Origin: Nitrospirota bacterium
Lineage (GTDB): Bacteria; Nitrospirota; UBA9217
Assembly: GCA_963741205.1 (NCBI GenBank)
Contig: CAVUHW010000026.1
Location: 160,001 to 224,000, forward strand
Reading direction: 5' to 3'
Length of the DNA stretch: 64,000 bases
The notes beneath the pieces are model-generated. The model made no database searches, had not been told where the DNA came from, and saw only the letters and a program-made list of their open reading frames with translations. Of the stretch, positions 11,064 through 22,512 are shown in pieces. Numbering within the stretch: position 1 is the first letter of the stretch; every line of letters starts with the position of its first letter. The position numbers and the translations under genes were made by a program.

Positions 11064-11147
11064 TGTCATTCCCGCGAAGGCAGGAACAAATGCCTGGCTT
11101 TACCATGGCCCCTTCCTGCGCTGCGCCCCGGTACTTCGGGAATAATA
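11064..11147. repeat. CGTC/TGTC-type REP-like palindromic element
   Basis: TGTCATTCCCGCGAAGGCAGGAA...CGGGAATAA; related copies at 23897-24008 and about 20653-20727. Confidence 0.6.
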
Positions 11148-11400
11148 AGGATAAGATCCCGTCAATTATACCAGAAAGCAAATCCGCCGTACACACGGAA
11201 TTGGCTGCATGCCGGTAGCCACTCGGGACACTGGTAAGAGTGACGATGTCCGTATCGCAAAACGTTTTTCGATTACGTCTTTATGACGAACGGCGAAACA
11301 CATGGCCGAAACGAGCTTTGACACTGTTTCCCTTTTTTTCAGGTCCCCGTCTCTGGACCGGAGTAGGTTACGAATGCCGGACATTACGAACGCCGGGGCA

Positions 11401-11429
11401 TTGACGTTTCGGGGACATTGGCATACACT
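11401..11429 (+). promoter_or_regulatory. sigma70 promoter for the DUF2845 gene
   Basis: TTGACG-17 bp-TACACT. Confidence 0.6.
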
Positions 11430-11479
11430 AGAATGAGTGTTTCTTGAGGGCAACGGATAACGGCGAGGGGGGTAACGGC

Positions 11480-12109
11480 ATGAAAAGAACATTAGGTCGA
11501 TGGTGCTTTCTTACTCTGCTGCTGTTGCTGCCGCATGCGGACCTCTCCGCCGCTTCGCTCGACTGCAGCGGCGGTATCATTTCCGTGGGCGACAGCCGGG
11601 CTGACCTCCTCGCCAAATGCGGCCCGCCCGACTCGAAAGAATCGCATTACGAGGAACTCAGCTCACGGCTTGATCAGGGCGTGAGGCAGAAGCTTTTTGT
11701 CACGGTTGAAGAATGGACATACGATTTCGGCCCCAGCCGGTTCACCCGCATCGTCACGCTCACGAACGGAAAGGTCGCCGACATCCGGTCCGGGAACTAC
11801 GGGTACCGTAAAGGCGCGGGACCCGAACAGCGCGAGTGCACCGAGCAGGCCGTTTCCGTCGGGGACTCGAAGAGCGACGTCATCGCCAAGTGCGGGGAGC
11901 CCACGCTGAGAGACACTCATGAGGAAGAATTTGCGCAGCGACTGGAAAACGGCGAGGTGCGCAAGACCGTCACGGTCGTCGAAGAATGGACCTACAATCT
12001 CGGTCCCAACCGCTTCATGCGCATATTAACGTTCAGAAACAGCAAGCTTGTCGACATCAGGACAGGCAACTACGGATATGAGCTGAAGCAGGAGGAAAAG
12101 AAGAAGTAG
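11480..12109 (+). CDS. Secreted protein with tandem DUF2845 domains
   Basis: Signal peptide, then two repeats of C...SVGDS..D..AKCG.P...VEEWTY..GP.RF.RI.T..N.K..DIR.GNYG. Confidence 0.85.
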   Translation: MKRTLGRWCFLTLLLLLPHADLSAASLDCSGGIISVGDSRADLLAKCGPPDSKESHYEELSSRLDQGVRQKLFVTVEEWTYDFGPSRFTRIVTLTNGKVADIRSGNYGYRKGAGPEQRECTEQAVSVGDSKSDVIAKCGEPTLRDTHEEEFAQRLENGEVRKTVTVVEEWTYNLGPNRFMRILTFRNSKLVDIRTGNYGYELKQEEKKK

Positions 12110-12199
12110 CACTGCGCATGGAAATCGCATGGGAGCATAGCGCCAAGACGCATAGCGCTATGAATCTTTTCGCCATGCCCTATGCGCCATTCGCGTCTT

Positions 12200-14123
12200 C
12201 TATCCGTCTTTCACCTTGAAACTCGCGACCGGCGCAACTGCCTTGAGCCGGGATTTTTCGACGAAACCCTTGACGGACGCATAAATGCCGTCCGCGTCCA
12301 GACCGTACTTCTGCCTGAGGACTTTTTGCGAGCCGTGTTCGATGTACCTGTCCGGGAGCCCGATGCGGAGCGTCTTGACGCCCGTGACCCCCTTCGCATC
12401 GAGGCATTCCAGCACCGCGCTTCCGAAACCGCCGTGGAGACAGTGCTCCTCGGCCGTCACGATCCTGCCCGTTCTCTTCGCCAGGGAAACGATCATCTCT
12501 TCATCGATGGGCTTCACGAACCGCGCGTTCACCACGGCAACGGAGAGCCCTTCCTCCGCAAGCCTCTTTGCCGCCTCGATGGAAGCACAGACCATGTTGC
12601 CGATGGCGACGATGGCCGCATCGCCGCCGTCCTTGACGAGCTCCGCCTTGCCGATCCTGAGGGTGCTGAGTTCCTGGTCCATGGGAACGCCGCAGCCGGT
12701 GCCGCGGGGATAGCGCACTGCTGCGGGGCCGGGATGCTCCACGGCGGTCTTGATCATGTGCTGCAGTTCGTTCTCGTCCTTGGGCGCCATCACGACCATG
12801 TTCGGCACATGGCGAAGATAGGCGATGTCGAAAACGCCGTGGTGCGTGGGGCCGTCCTCGCCGACGAGGCCGGCGCGGTCGAGGGCGAGCGTCACCGGCA
12901 GGTTCTGGAGGCAGAGGTCGTGCACTACCTGGTCATAGGCGCGCTGGGTAAAGGTGGAGTAGATGGCGGCGACCGGGTGGAGGCCCTCGGCCGCGAGGCC
13001 GCAGGCGAAGGTGACTCCGTGGGATTCGGCGATGCCGACGTCGAAGAACCTTTTGGGATACAGGTCGGCGAATTTGTCGAGTCCCGTGCCCTCAGACATG
13101 GCCGCGGAGATGGCCACGAGCCTGTCGTTCTCCTCGGCAAGCTTGATCATGGTCTGACCGAAGACTTCGGTATAGCTCAGGATGGACTGCTTTTTGGCCA
13201 CGGTCTTGCCGGTGCCCGGATCGAAGGGCGGCGTGCCGTGGTACTGGGACGGATTACACTCAGCGAAAGAGCACCCCTTCCCTTTTTTCGTGATCACGTG
13301 GACCAGGACCGGCCAGGCGTAATCCTTGATGTTCTCGAAGGTCCTGAGCAGGTGGTCGATGTTGTGTCCGTCGAGGGGGCCGATATACTGGAACCCGAGG
13401 TCCTCGAACAGCATGCCCGGCACCATCAGGCCCTTGATGGAATCTTCCGCTTTCTTGGCCAGGTTGAACATGGAGCCGCCGACCTTGGGTATGCCCTGGA
13501 GGAAATGCTTGGTCGTCCTGCCGAAGCTTTGTGTAGAAGTTGCCCGTCATGAGCCTGTTTAAATACGCTGAGAGCGCGCCCACGTTGGGCGAGATGGACA
13601 TCTCGTTGTCGTTCAGGATCACCATCAGCTTCTTCTTGAGGTGCCCGGCCTGGTTCATTCCCTCGAAGGCGAGCCCCGCGGAGATGGAGCCGTCGCCGAT
13701 CACCGCGATGACCCGGTAGTCCTCGCCCTTGATGTCCCTTGCCGCCGCAATGCCGAGGGCCGCGGATATGGACGTGCTCGCATGGCCCACGTCGAAATGA
13801 TCGCAGGGGCTTTCCTCGCGCTTGGGAAAACCGCTGATGCCGCCGTGCTGGCGGAGGGTGGGAAACTGCGCGCGCCTGCCCGTGAGAATCTTGTGGGCAT
13901 AGGCCTGATGTCCCACGTCCCACACGATGCGGTCATTTGGCGTATCGAAGGCGTAGTGCAGCGCGATGGTCAGGTCCACAACGCCCAGACTCGATGCAAG
14001 GTGCCCACCCGTCTTCGACACCACCTCGATGATCTCCCCGCGGACCTCCTCCGCGAGCGGGGGCAGTTCTTCCCGGGAGAGGGCGCGCAGGTCATTACTG
14101 TCATGGATCTTGTCGAGAATCAT
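12200..14123 (-). CDS. dxs: 1-deoxy-D-xylulose-5-phosphate synthase (frameshift near 13520)
   Basis: [33 protein letters not shown]...[33 protein letters not shown]. Confidence 0.97.
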
Positions 14124-14245
14124 GGGTACCTCTCTGAGAAAATACCAAAGTTACAAATCCAAATACAAGGACCAAACTTCAAGTTCCATGTTTTGAATTT
14201 TGACACTGGCATTTGACTATTTGGATTTGGTGCTTGGATCTTGTC

Positions 14246-15140
14246 TTAATTCACTCTGTTGACAATATACTTCGCCAGTTCCCGGAGCGGATCGGCCTTG
14301 CGCGTCCGAAATCCTTGCAGCGAAGCGACGGCCTTGTCAGCGACCTCCATCGCCCTGCGGCGAGACTCTTCGAGTCCATAGAAGGCCGGAAAGGTCTTCT
14401 TGCCTTTTTTGATGTCGCTCCCCACGTCCTTTCCGGTCTCTTCCCGCTTGCCGGTGATGTCCAGGATGTCGTCGGCGATCTGGAACGCAAGGCCGACCAT
14501 CTCGCCGTAGTGCGTGAGCGCCGTGAACTGGCGTTTGCCCGCCTTGGCGTAAAGCGCGCCGGTCCGGACGGACGCGCGGATGAGGGCGCCGGTCTTGTGC
14601 GTGTGGATGTATTCGAGCGTGGGAAAGTCGACATCCCTGCCTTCCGATTCCATGTCAACGACCTGACCGCCGACCATGCCGTGGACGCCGGAAGCGGTGG
14701 AAATTTCCTTGATGATGGCGATGAGCCGGCCCGCGGGAACTGCCTTGAGCCGCCGTTGATCGGACAACACCTCGAAGGCCATGGTCAAAAGCCCGTCGCC
14801 CGCGAGGATTGCGATGGCCTCGCCGTATACCTTGTGGCACGTTGCCATGCCGCGGCGATAGTCGTCGTTATCCATTGCCGGGAGGTCGTCATGGATGAGC
14901 GAGTAGGTGTGGATGAGTTCCAGCGATCCCGCGATGGGCAAGCAGGTCAACGGTCTTTGCGCCAAGGGCCTCGGCCGCGGCCAGCGCCAGGATGGGCCGC
15001 ACCCGCTTGCCACCGGCAAAGAGGCTGTAGCGCATGGCCTCGTGCACCGACGGCGGAAAAGCATCGGCGGGCGGCACGAGCTTCTCGAGCGCCTTGTCTA
15101 CGATTTCTTTCTTTCTGGAGAGATAGGTCGTGATGTCCAT
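14246..15140 (-). CDS. ispA: Farnesyl diphosphate synthase / geranyltranstransferase (frameshift near 14960)
   Basis: GGKRVRP, SLIHDDLPAMDNDDYRRG, KTGAL, FQIADDILD. Confidence 0.95.
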
Positions 15141-15244
15141 GTATAAGTCCGAATAGCATCAAGTAACAAATGAGCTCTAGATGTCATTCACTTCTGACAT
15201 TCCATTTCACTTCTAACTTCTTACTTCGTGACTGACTATTTTCC

Positions 15245-15472
15245 TTACTCTTCTTCTTCGAACGGCTCGGCGGTGATGTTGCCGGCCTTGTCTTTGAGCA
15301 GGATCTCGACCTTGCGTTCCGCTTCCTCGAGCCGCTTGTTGCAGATGCGCGAGAGCTTGATGCCTTCCTCGAAGAGCTTGAGCGATTGTTCGAGCGGGAC
15401 ATCGCCCTTTTCGAGCTCCTGCACGATTTCCTCGAGCCGGGCCATTGCCGCCTCGAATTTTTTTTCCGCCAT
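15245..15472 (-). CDS. xseB: Exodeoxyribonuclease VII small subunit
   Basis: FEAAMARLEEIVQELEKGDVPLEQSLKLFEEGIKL; directly upstream of ispA-dxs. Confidence 0.97.
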   Translation of the reverse strand: MAEKKFEAAMARLEEIVQELEKGDVPLEQSLKLFEEGIKLSRICNKRLEEAERKVEILLKDKAGNITAEPFEEEE

Positions 15473-15528
15473 GGTGGAACGCTCCCCCGTCAGACAGACG
15501 GGCCGCCGAACATTGAAAACTGTTTTGA

Positions 15529-15557
15529 ATTATATCCGGAAGATAGAGGCAAATCAA
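15529..15557 (-). promoter_or_regulatory. sigma70 promoter for xseB-ispA-dxs
   Basis: Minus strand TTGATT-17 bp-TATAAT. Confidence 0.65.
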
Positions 15558-15782
15558 GAGAAATGCGGGGAATAACCGGTCCGACACCTGCTAATTTCTC
15601 CTCATGCTTTCCTCATGGGGGCCGAAGGTGAGTTGGTAAGCGAAGTATGAAGACAATTTGTTGTCACCGTGGAGGTCGCTTCCGACGGAGAAGAGGAGAT
15701 GATGCTCGACGGCAAGATTTATGATCACCCTCACATTGATCGTCATCATTTTGAGACGATGGAATTTGTCATCTATTGCCTA

Positions 15783-18700
15783 TCAAAACTCCTTCCACAG
15801 CTCCAGCGCGCTCCGCGCGGAACGGAACCCGAACTGCTCTGCAGCGCCGCGGCAAAGGGGCTGCGAAAGAGCGGGCGCATCCGTTGATCGTCTCCACGAC
15901 GATCCTCTGAAGCGGTTGAAACTCGCGGGCGAGCAGGTCCTTGAAGAGGACAAAGTAATCGGCGAGACGGGCATCATCCGGCTCTACGAAAATATCCAGC
16001 CCCTTTCCCATCCGTCTTGAAATCATGACGAGGCGGCTTCCATGATACACCAGATAGGTCGAGGCCACGCGCGGGGGGAATCCGCGAAGCGATTCAAGGC
16101 CGAGTCCGCACAGGGACGCGGGGTCGGTCGCGTTGATCCAGAACACGGCGTCCTGCGGCAGGGGCTCCTGGAGCATGCGGAAGGCCTCATGGGAGATGAA
16201 CTGCGGACCGGAAATCCCTTCAAAGAAATATCCTGACAGGATCTCGCCGGACAGTTCCATCAGGCGCAGCGACCTGAAGATGGACCGCCACTGGAGGGGC
16301 GGAAGTTCGTTTGCCAGGAGGTCGCGGAAGAGGACGCCATACCGTTTGAAGAGCTGCCGGATGCGGTCCTTGACGAGTTCCTCCTCTTCCAGAATGTCTC
16401 GCTCTTTGCGCGGCGCATCGATCCGCTGCCAGTTGCCCGTCCAGGGGACGGGAGACCTTCCAGCGGTTAAAGCCGGACCTTCGCGATGAGAGACGGGCTT
16501 CCTCGGCAAAGGACTGCGCCGTGAAGCCGGTCATGGCGCCTTTCCGGACCGTCCGGAACGTATCGCTCGTGACGTGTCCCTTCCACGCCTCCTTCCAGAG
16601 CAGCTCCGTGGCATGAACGCTGTCCATATGCGAAAGCTCGGTTATCTCGAAGAAGCTGTACCTGCCGCGTCTGTCCGGGATCAGATGATCGAGCTCTGCC
16701 GTGTATTCGGGGCGCTCTTCACGATCGTCCGGCCGGAAGAGCTCGACGTCCTCTCTGAAGGCGAGGCTGATGCGCTTCGGTCCGCAGCCGAACCAGATGA
16801 GGTCGCTCCGGTTCATGAGGGTGTCAAGCCATTCGCTCCGGTATGGCCGCATCCGCGCAGGAAGAATATGTTCCTCCCAGGCCGCGGCCGGCGCGGACCA
16901 TCCGAAGAGCTGCTCCAGCCGAGCCTGGAGGTCCTCCAGTGATTCTCCCCGCGGAGCAACGCCCTGGAAGCTTGCCAGGAAAAGCGCGAGCTGTTCCAGG
17001 GGTAGCGCCTGGAAGGAGGGCTGCCGATAGCGCCGCGCCATGCGAAGAAGCATCCCGAGATTTTCGCTGTCGCAGATTTCGAGCAACCTACTCCCTTCTC
17101 CGAACCGGTCCATGACCACATCCTGAGACTCGATCAAGGGTTCTATTGCTTCATCGAGCCGCTCGGCGGTTATGCCCAGAAGATTCAGGACAGTCCTTCT
17201 TTTTCCACAGGGCCGTAGTAGGACAGCCATGCTGCCGAAAATCGAAGACGTCTCGCTCACCCGGCCGTACTCCGCCGAGGGGAGCGCGTGTTGCCGATCC
17301 TCTCGGTGCGCCCCTCCCGCGTGGAAGGTAGGGAGGAGCATGCATCGCAAGACCGATCCTACGACGAAGACTTCCGCTGCTCTCTTCCGGAGAAACGGCT
17401 TCAAGCGTCACGACATCAGGATGCAGGCGAAAGGCGACGAGCACCTTCGGCAGCGCTTCAAGGCTTGACAGGAGCGGATGTCTTACCCCGGGCCATGATA
17501 TCCAGAACAGTTTCCTTGCTTCTACCCGGAGCCATTCCCCGGCGTCCTGGTCAAGGTCCCTGCGGATCGCGGCGGCAAGCTCCTTCCATTCAGGCTCCGG
17601 GATGAGAAGCCGTTCCTTCACCCAGTCCAGAAGTTCGAGGGCAGAGCCCGGCGTATACCCCGGCGCGGTCCGCTTCAGTTTCCCGTCCAGGACGCGGATC
17701 ACCTCCGGCGGGATCTTCGGACGAAGGTGTGCGGAGAACAGGATCTCTTTGATGAGGTCGGGACGCAGGGCCGACTCCCTGGCAAGAAGCGGGGTGTCGT
17801 CCTCGTACATATACTTGTTCGTCTGTTTCCATACGAGGCCTCCGGCAAAGGGCGAGGCCGTCCTGGTCACGGTCTCGCTTACGCGGATCGCGCCTTCCCT
17901 GATATCGTCGAGCATGGCCTTCGCATGGGGAAGATCGAATTCGTCCTCAAGGCAGGTGCGCCAGGTTTCGAGCAGGACCGGAAAATCGTCATAGGCGCGC
18001 ACGGCCGCGAGCAGCTCCTTTGACCTGAGCCGGATAAGCCAGAGCGGCATCCTCCGCTTGAAGCTGGATTTGGGAAGCAAGAGCGCCCGCTCCGCGTTCT
18101 CCCGGAAACGGGCGCCGAAAAACCCGGTCTGCTCCAGTTTCCTGCGCAGGAAGACCTCGATGTTCTCCGGCGTAACGAGGGAAAAGAGGTCTTCCGTTCT
18201 GAACTCGTGCGGAAGCATGAGAAGGACGGCATCGTCATTCAAAATAAATTGAAGCGGCTTATGCTCCTTCTCTTCCCAGGCCTGGGAGAGCGCCAGCGCA
18301 AAGGGCCGGTTCACCCTGCCGCCCCAGAAGGTATGCAGGATCACCTGCTTTAAATCGCCCCGGGCCGCGGGGTCTTCGACATGTTCGATGAGGAGATGAT
18401 GGCGGTGCGGGAGGCCGCTTCCGGTTGCTTCCTTCTGCAGTTTCAAAAACCCGATGAGTTCATCCGGCGGCCGCCTCTTCCATAGCGTACCGCTCCAGAA
18501 GCTCCTGCTTGAAATCGGGAGAATCCAGCCGCCTGTCCGCGTGCTCCAGAAAGAGACCGACCCTCTCGGCGAGATGAAAATCCCGGTCCTGTTCCTCGGC
18601 CTTCCAGAACGGGAAAATGCCGGCGGTCGAGCGCACGGGGACCACCTCCACGTCGTTATGCGTGATCTTTTCGATGCGCCAGAGCTGGGTGCCTAACGTG

Positions 18701-20315
18701 AAGGTCTCGCCGAGGGAGCGCTCCCACACGAATTCCTCGTCCAGTTCCCCGATCTTGGCGTGCGTATCTTTAAGCCGCAGGTCGAAGTAGCCCCGCTCGG
18801 GGATTGTGCCGCCCGACGTATAGATGAGATACGGGACCTCGCTGTGAGCCTGGACCGTGTTGTCCACGCGGTCAACCGAGACGCGGGCCTTCAGCTCCCG
18901 CAAGCGGCTGTCCGCATAGCGGCCCGCAAGCATTTCGAGAACGAGATCAAAGTGCCGTCTCGGCAGGTTGCGATAGGGGTACGAGGTCTTTAAAAACGCG
19001 TACAGCTCGTCGATGTCCCACCTCTCCATCGCGGTCATCGAGAGGATGATCTGCGCAAGAATATCGAGCGGCGCTTCCACCGGCCTGACCTCTTCGATGT
19101 CCTGGTCCAGGATGGCCCGCGCCATGACCGCCGCGTCGATGAAGTCCCGGCCGTGGGTGGGATAGAGCAGGCCGCGGCTCGTCTCCCCCACGGCATGCCC
19201 GGACCGGCCGATGCGCTGAAGGGCCGCGGAGACCGAACGCGGGGTCTGGATCAGCACCACCTGGTCGAGGCTTCCGATATCGATGCCGAGCTCAAGCGAA
19301 TTCGTTGCCACGATGGCCTTGAGCTCGCCGTTTTTGAGCTTCTGTTCCACCGCGAGCCTGATCTCGCGCGAGAGCGACCCGTGGTGCGCGTAGGCGAGTT
19401 CAGCGGATTCAGCCTCGTTAATCAAGCGGGTGACTTTTTCCGTCGTCCTCCTGCTGTTCGCGAACAGGAGCGTCGAGCGGTGCCTGGAGATGTTCTCCTT
19501 AAAGGCATCGATCAGGGCGGGCCACCAGGAATCATCGACCATTTTTTCGCGCGCATCAGGCGGGAAAGAAACTTTATTTCGTAGGTCTTGGCCTGGCGGG
19601 ACCGGATGATCGAGACGCGGCGCTTTTCATAATGGCTGTCCCTGCCCTTCCCGGTCCGGAGAAGCCCTCCGACGAACTCCGCCACCCGTTCAGGGGGATT
19701 GACCGTGGCGGAGAGCGCGATGCGCTGGAATTCTCCGGCGAGCGGGACCAGCCGGTCCACGCGCGGTGATCAGGTGCGTCCCCCGCTTGGTCCCGACGAC
19801 GGCGTGGATTTCATCAAGGATCACCGTGGCGATACCCGTGAGCATGGAGCGGCCGCTCCGGGAACTTAAAAGAAGATTGAGCGACTCGGGCGTCGTGATG
19901 AGGATCTCCGGCGGCTTGCGGACCATCTTCCGCCGTTCCTCTCCCGGCGTGTCCCCGCTCCGGGTAAGCACCGTGATCTCCGGGAAAAGAAACCCCTGCG
20001 AGGCGAGAAATATTCCCGAAGTTCCCGAAGAGGCTTCAGGAGGTTTCTCTGGACGTCGTTGTTCAATGCCTTCAAGGGCGAAATGTAGAGGACGCGGACT
20101 TTGCCCCGCGGCCACACGCCCGAGATGAGCTGATTGATCCCCCATAAGAATGCAGCCAGCGTCTTCCCGCATCCCGTGGGCGCGGTCACGAGCACGTGCC
20201 TTGCCTGCGCGATCTCGGGCCAGGCCTTCTCCTGGATTTCCGTAGGGGTCCCGACCTTTTCGGAGAACCATTGCTGGATGAGCGGATGGAAGAATGAAAG
20301 TCTCGATGCGGACAT
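15783..20315 (-). CDS. lhr: Lhr-family large ATP-dependent helicase (multiple frameshifts)
   Basis: APTGCGKT, YISPLKALNND, TTPESL, DEIH, LSATV, HHGSLS, QRIGRSGH, GGTIPERG, IGELDEEFV; C-terminal GYFFEGISGPQF and ATDPAS. Confidence 0.92.
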
Positions 20316-20536
20316 GATCTTGCGACCTCATGTAAAACATAATCCAGGACGGGTAAAAAAGCAAGGAACCGGGGCTATTTCCCGCTTTTCCGCTTTCTTT
20401 TTTGCAAAAGCAGATCGCCGGAAGAACGAGCTTGCCTTTGAATATGAGAAAGCCAAGAGAGGAACGAGCGTTTCGATCATGATAAAGAGTTTAACATAAT
20501 AGAAATTGCGTTCTCCTGAACGTCACTACCCGGCAG

Positions 20537-20580
20537 CCTGTGGCCAGCGCCTATGAGTACGTTGCGCGAATGCAGGTGAA
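20537..20580. repeat. About 45-bp dispersed element (CCTGYGSCCAGCGCYTAYGAGTRC...GCGCGARTGCAG)
   Basis: Partial copy at 32101-32124; reverse-orientation copy at 42224-42268. Confidence 0.7.
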
Positions 20581-20790
20581 TGCCTCTATCCCAGATAAAA
20601 TCGTTCGAGGACGAATCCCGTCTGTGCGGTTCATAGCCCTGGTTCAAAAGCTGCGGGATTCCCCTGAAGCCCTGCCCCGGCATGTTTGAAGCAGGGACGG
20701 GGATGACGACTCTTGACGAATGCATCATGATATAATGGATAAAGGCAGTCATGGTTTCCCGTCGATACTTGACGAGAGCGAGGACACCGC

Positions 20791-21927
20791 ATGTCCCTGA
20801 TGATAGGAGTGCTGAAGGAAACGGCGCAGGGCGAACGGCGCGTCGCCATCATTCCCGACGTGGTCAAAAAGTACAAGGCCCTGGGCGCTGATATCTGCAT
20901 CGAGCGCGGCGCGGGAGCAGGCAGTTTTTTCAGCGATGAGGACTTCAACGCAACGGTCATCGCAACGAACAGCGCCGACGTGTTCGCCCATTCCCAGATC
21001 GTCCTGAAGGTGCAGCCGCCCCTTGATGACGAAATCCGCGCGATGCAGCCGGGGACGGTGCTTGTCGGCTTCCTGCACCCTTACGCCGACCCGGAACGCG
21101 CGCGGCTTTTGTGCGAGCGGAACGTTACGAGCTTCGCCGTGGAACTCATCCCGCGCATCTCCCGCGCCCAGAGCATGGACGCCCTCTCCTCCCAGGCCAC
21201 GGTGGCCGGCTACCAGTGCGCCCTCATAGCCGGCGTGATCGCCCCGAAGTTCTTTCCCATGCTGACCTACGCCGCCGGCACGCTGCGGCCCTCGCGGGTA
21301 CTGGTGATCGGCGCCGGGGTCGCGGGCCTCCAGGCCATCGCGACCGCGCACAGGCTGGGCGCCGTCGTCGAGGCCTACGACGTGCGGCCTGAAACGAGGG
21401 AGCAGGTCGAGTCATTGGGCGCGCGGTTCGTCGAGACGGGCGTTGCCGCCGTGGGCGCGGGCGGTTACGCGAGGGAACTGACCGAGGACGAAAAAATGTC
21501 CCAGCAGGAAAGGCTCACGAAGGCCGTGTCGCAGGCGGACGTGCTCATAACCACCGCGGCCATCCCGGGCAAGAAGAGCCCGCTGATCATCACCGCAGAC
21601 ATGGTCGCGCGCATGAAAAAAGGCTCGATCATCGTGGACATGGCCGCCGACAGCGGAGGAAACGTCGCCGGCTCACGCCCCGGAGAGACCGTGGTCAAGG
21701 ACGGCGTCACGATCTCGGGCACCGTCAACCTGGCCTCCCGCATGCCGGTCCATGCCTCGGAGATGTACGCGAGGAACCTGTACAACTTCATCTCGCCCTT
21801 CATCAAGGACGGCGCGCTCGCCCTCGACTGGAACGACGAAATCCTCGCGGGAAGCGTGTTCACGCGCGAAGGAAACATATGCAACGCAGGGGTGAGGAAG
21901 TTTCTAGAGGGAGAAAAGAAATCCTAA
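20791..21927 (+). CDS. pntA: NAD(P) transhydrogenase subunit alpha part 1 (domain I)
   Basis: GERRVA, PRISRAQSMDALSSQ, GAGVAGL, GGYARE, DMAADSGGN. Confidence 0.95.
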   Translation: MSLMIGVLKETAQGERRVAIIPDVVKKYKALGADICIERGAGAGSFFSDEDFNATVIATNSADVFAHSQIVLKVQPPLDDEIRAMQPGTVLVGFLHPYADPERARLLCERNVTSFAVELIPRISRAQSMDALSSQATVAGYQCALIAGVIAPKFFPMLTYAAGTLRPSRVLVIGAGVAGLQAIATAHRLGAVVEAYDVRPETREQVESLGARFVETGVAAVGAGGYARELTEDEKMSQQERLTKAVSQADVLITTAAIPGKKSPLIITADMVARMKKGSIIVDMAADSGGNVAGSRPGETVVKDGVTISGTVNLASRMPVHASEMYARNLYNFISPFIKDGALALDWNDEILAGSVFTREGNICNAGVRKFLEGEKKS

Positions 21928-22027
21928 GCACGAATCACTGCATTCTAAACAATTTCATATTTTGAATCTCATTTAAATTTCACTTTGGTCATTCGCTATT
22001 GTTTAGAATTTTGAGTTTGGTGCTTAG
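21924..22027. repeat. AT-rich inverted-repeat intergenic element (CTAAGCAC...ATTCTAAACAAT...ATTGTTTAGAAT...GTGCTTAG)
   Basis: Two nested inverted pairs are visible. A related left arm (AAGCACGAAATCC...CTAAACAA) lies at about 62512-62547. Confidence 0.65.
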
Positions 22028-22048
22028 TATTTCTTCCGGAGGAACATC

Positions 22049-22381
22049 ATGGAAGGTTTCACTGCGCTCTACATATTCATGCTCGCGGCATTCACCGGTT
22101 ACGAGGTGATCTCGCGCGTGCCCGTGATCCTGCACACACCGCTCATGTCGGGCTCCAATTTCGTGCACGGCGTGGTGCTGGTCGGCGCAATGGTCGCGCT
22201 CGGCGAGGCCCGGACGCCGCTCGAACAGGCCATCGGCTTCATCGCCGTGCTCTTGGGCGCGGCCAACGCAGCCGGCGGCTACGTGGTCACGGAGCGGATG
22301 CTGGCGATGTTTAAGAAAGACGACACTGTAAAATCCAAATTGCAAATGAACCGCAAAGGCGCAAAGAACGCGAAGGTATGA
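22049..22381 (+). CDS. pntA: NAD(P) transhydrogenase subunit alpha part 2 (membrane)
   Basis: VPVILHTPLMSGSNFVHG, GGYVVTERMLAMF. Confidence 0.93.
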   Translation: MEGFTALYIFMLAAFTGYEVISRVPVILHTPLMSGSNFVHGVVLVGAMVALGEARTPLEQAIGFIAVLLGAANAAGGYVVTERMLAMFKKDDTVKSKLQMNRKGAKNAKV

Positions 22382-22507
22382 AGATCTACCAATACCAGAT
22401 AAGAGCTCTCCTTCGCGCTCTTAGAACCTTTGCGATAAACGCCTTTGACTTTTAGAAACCTGACTCAAATCTTTAAGATCAGCTCAACGATAAAGTTTTT
22501 ACAAAAG
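22349..22507. repeat. CGCAAAG-type inverted-repeat element (MITE-like)
   Basis: CCGCAAAGGCGCAAAGAACGCGAAGG...CCTTCGCGCTCTT...CTTTGCG, then TAAACGCCTTTGACTTT...TTAAGATCAG, which is shared with 33603-33750. Confidence 0.7.
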
Positions 22508-22512
22508 ACATC

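Noticed and set aside
11161-11340. Possible c-di-GMP riboswitch near GCAAATCC
   Set aside because: Lacks the GNRA stem and second GCAAA/P3 elements; I could not support it by eye. An Rfam scan would settle it.
15647-15887. Small ORF between xseB and lhr
   Set aside because: No recognisable motif, frame ambiguous, and it overlaps the lhr 3' end.
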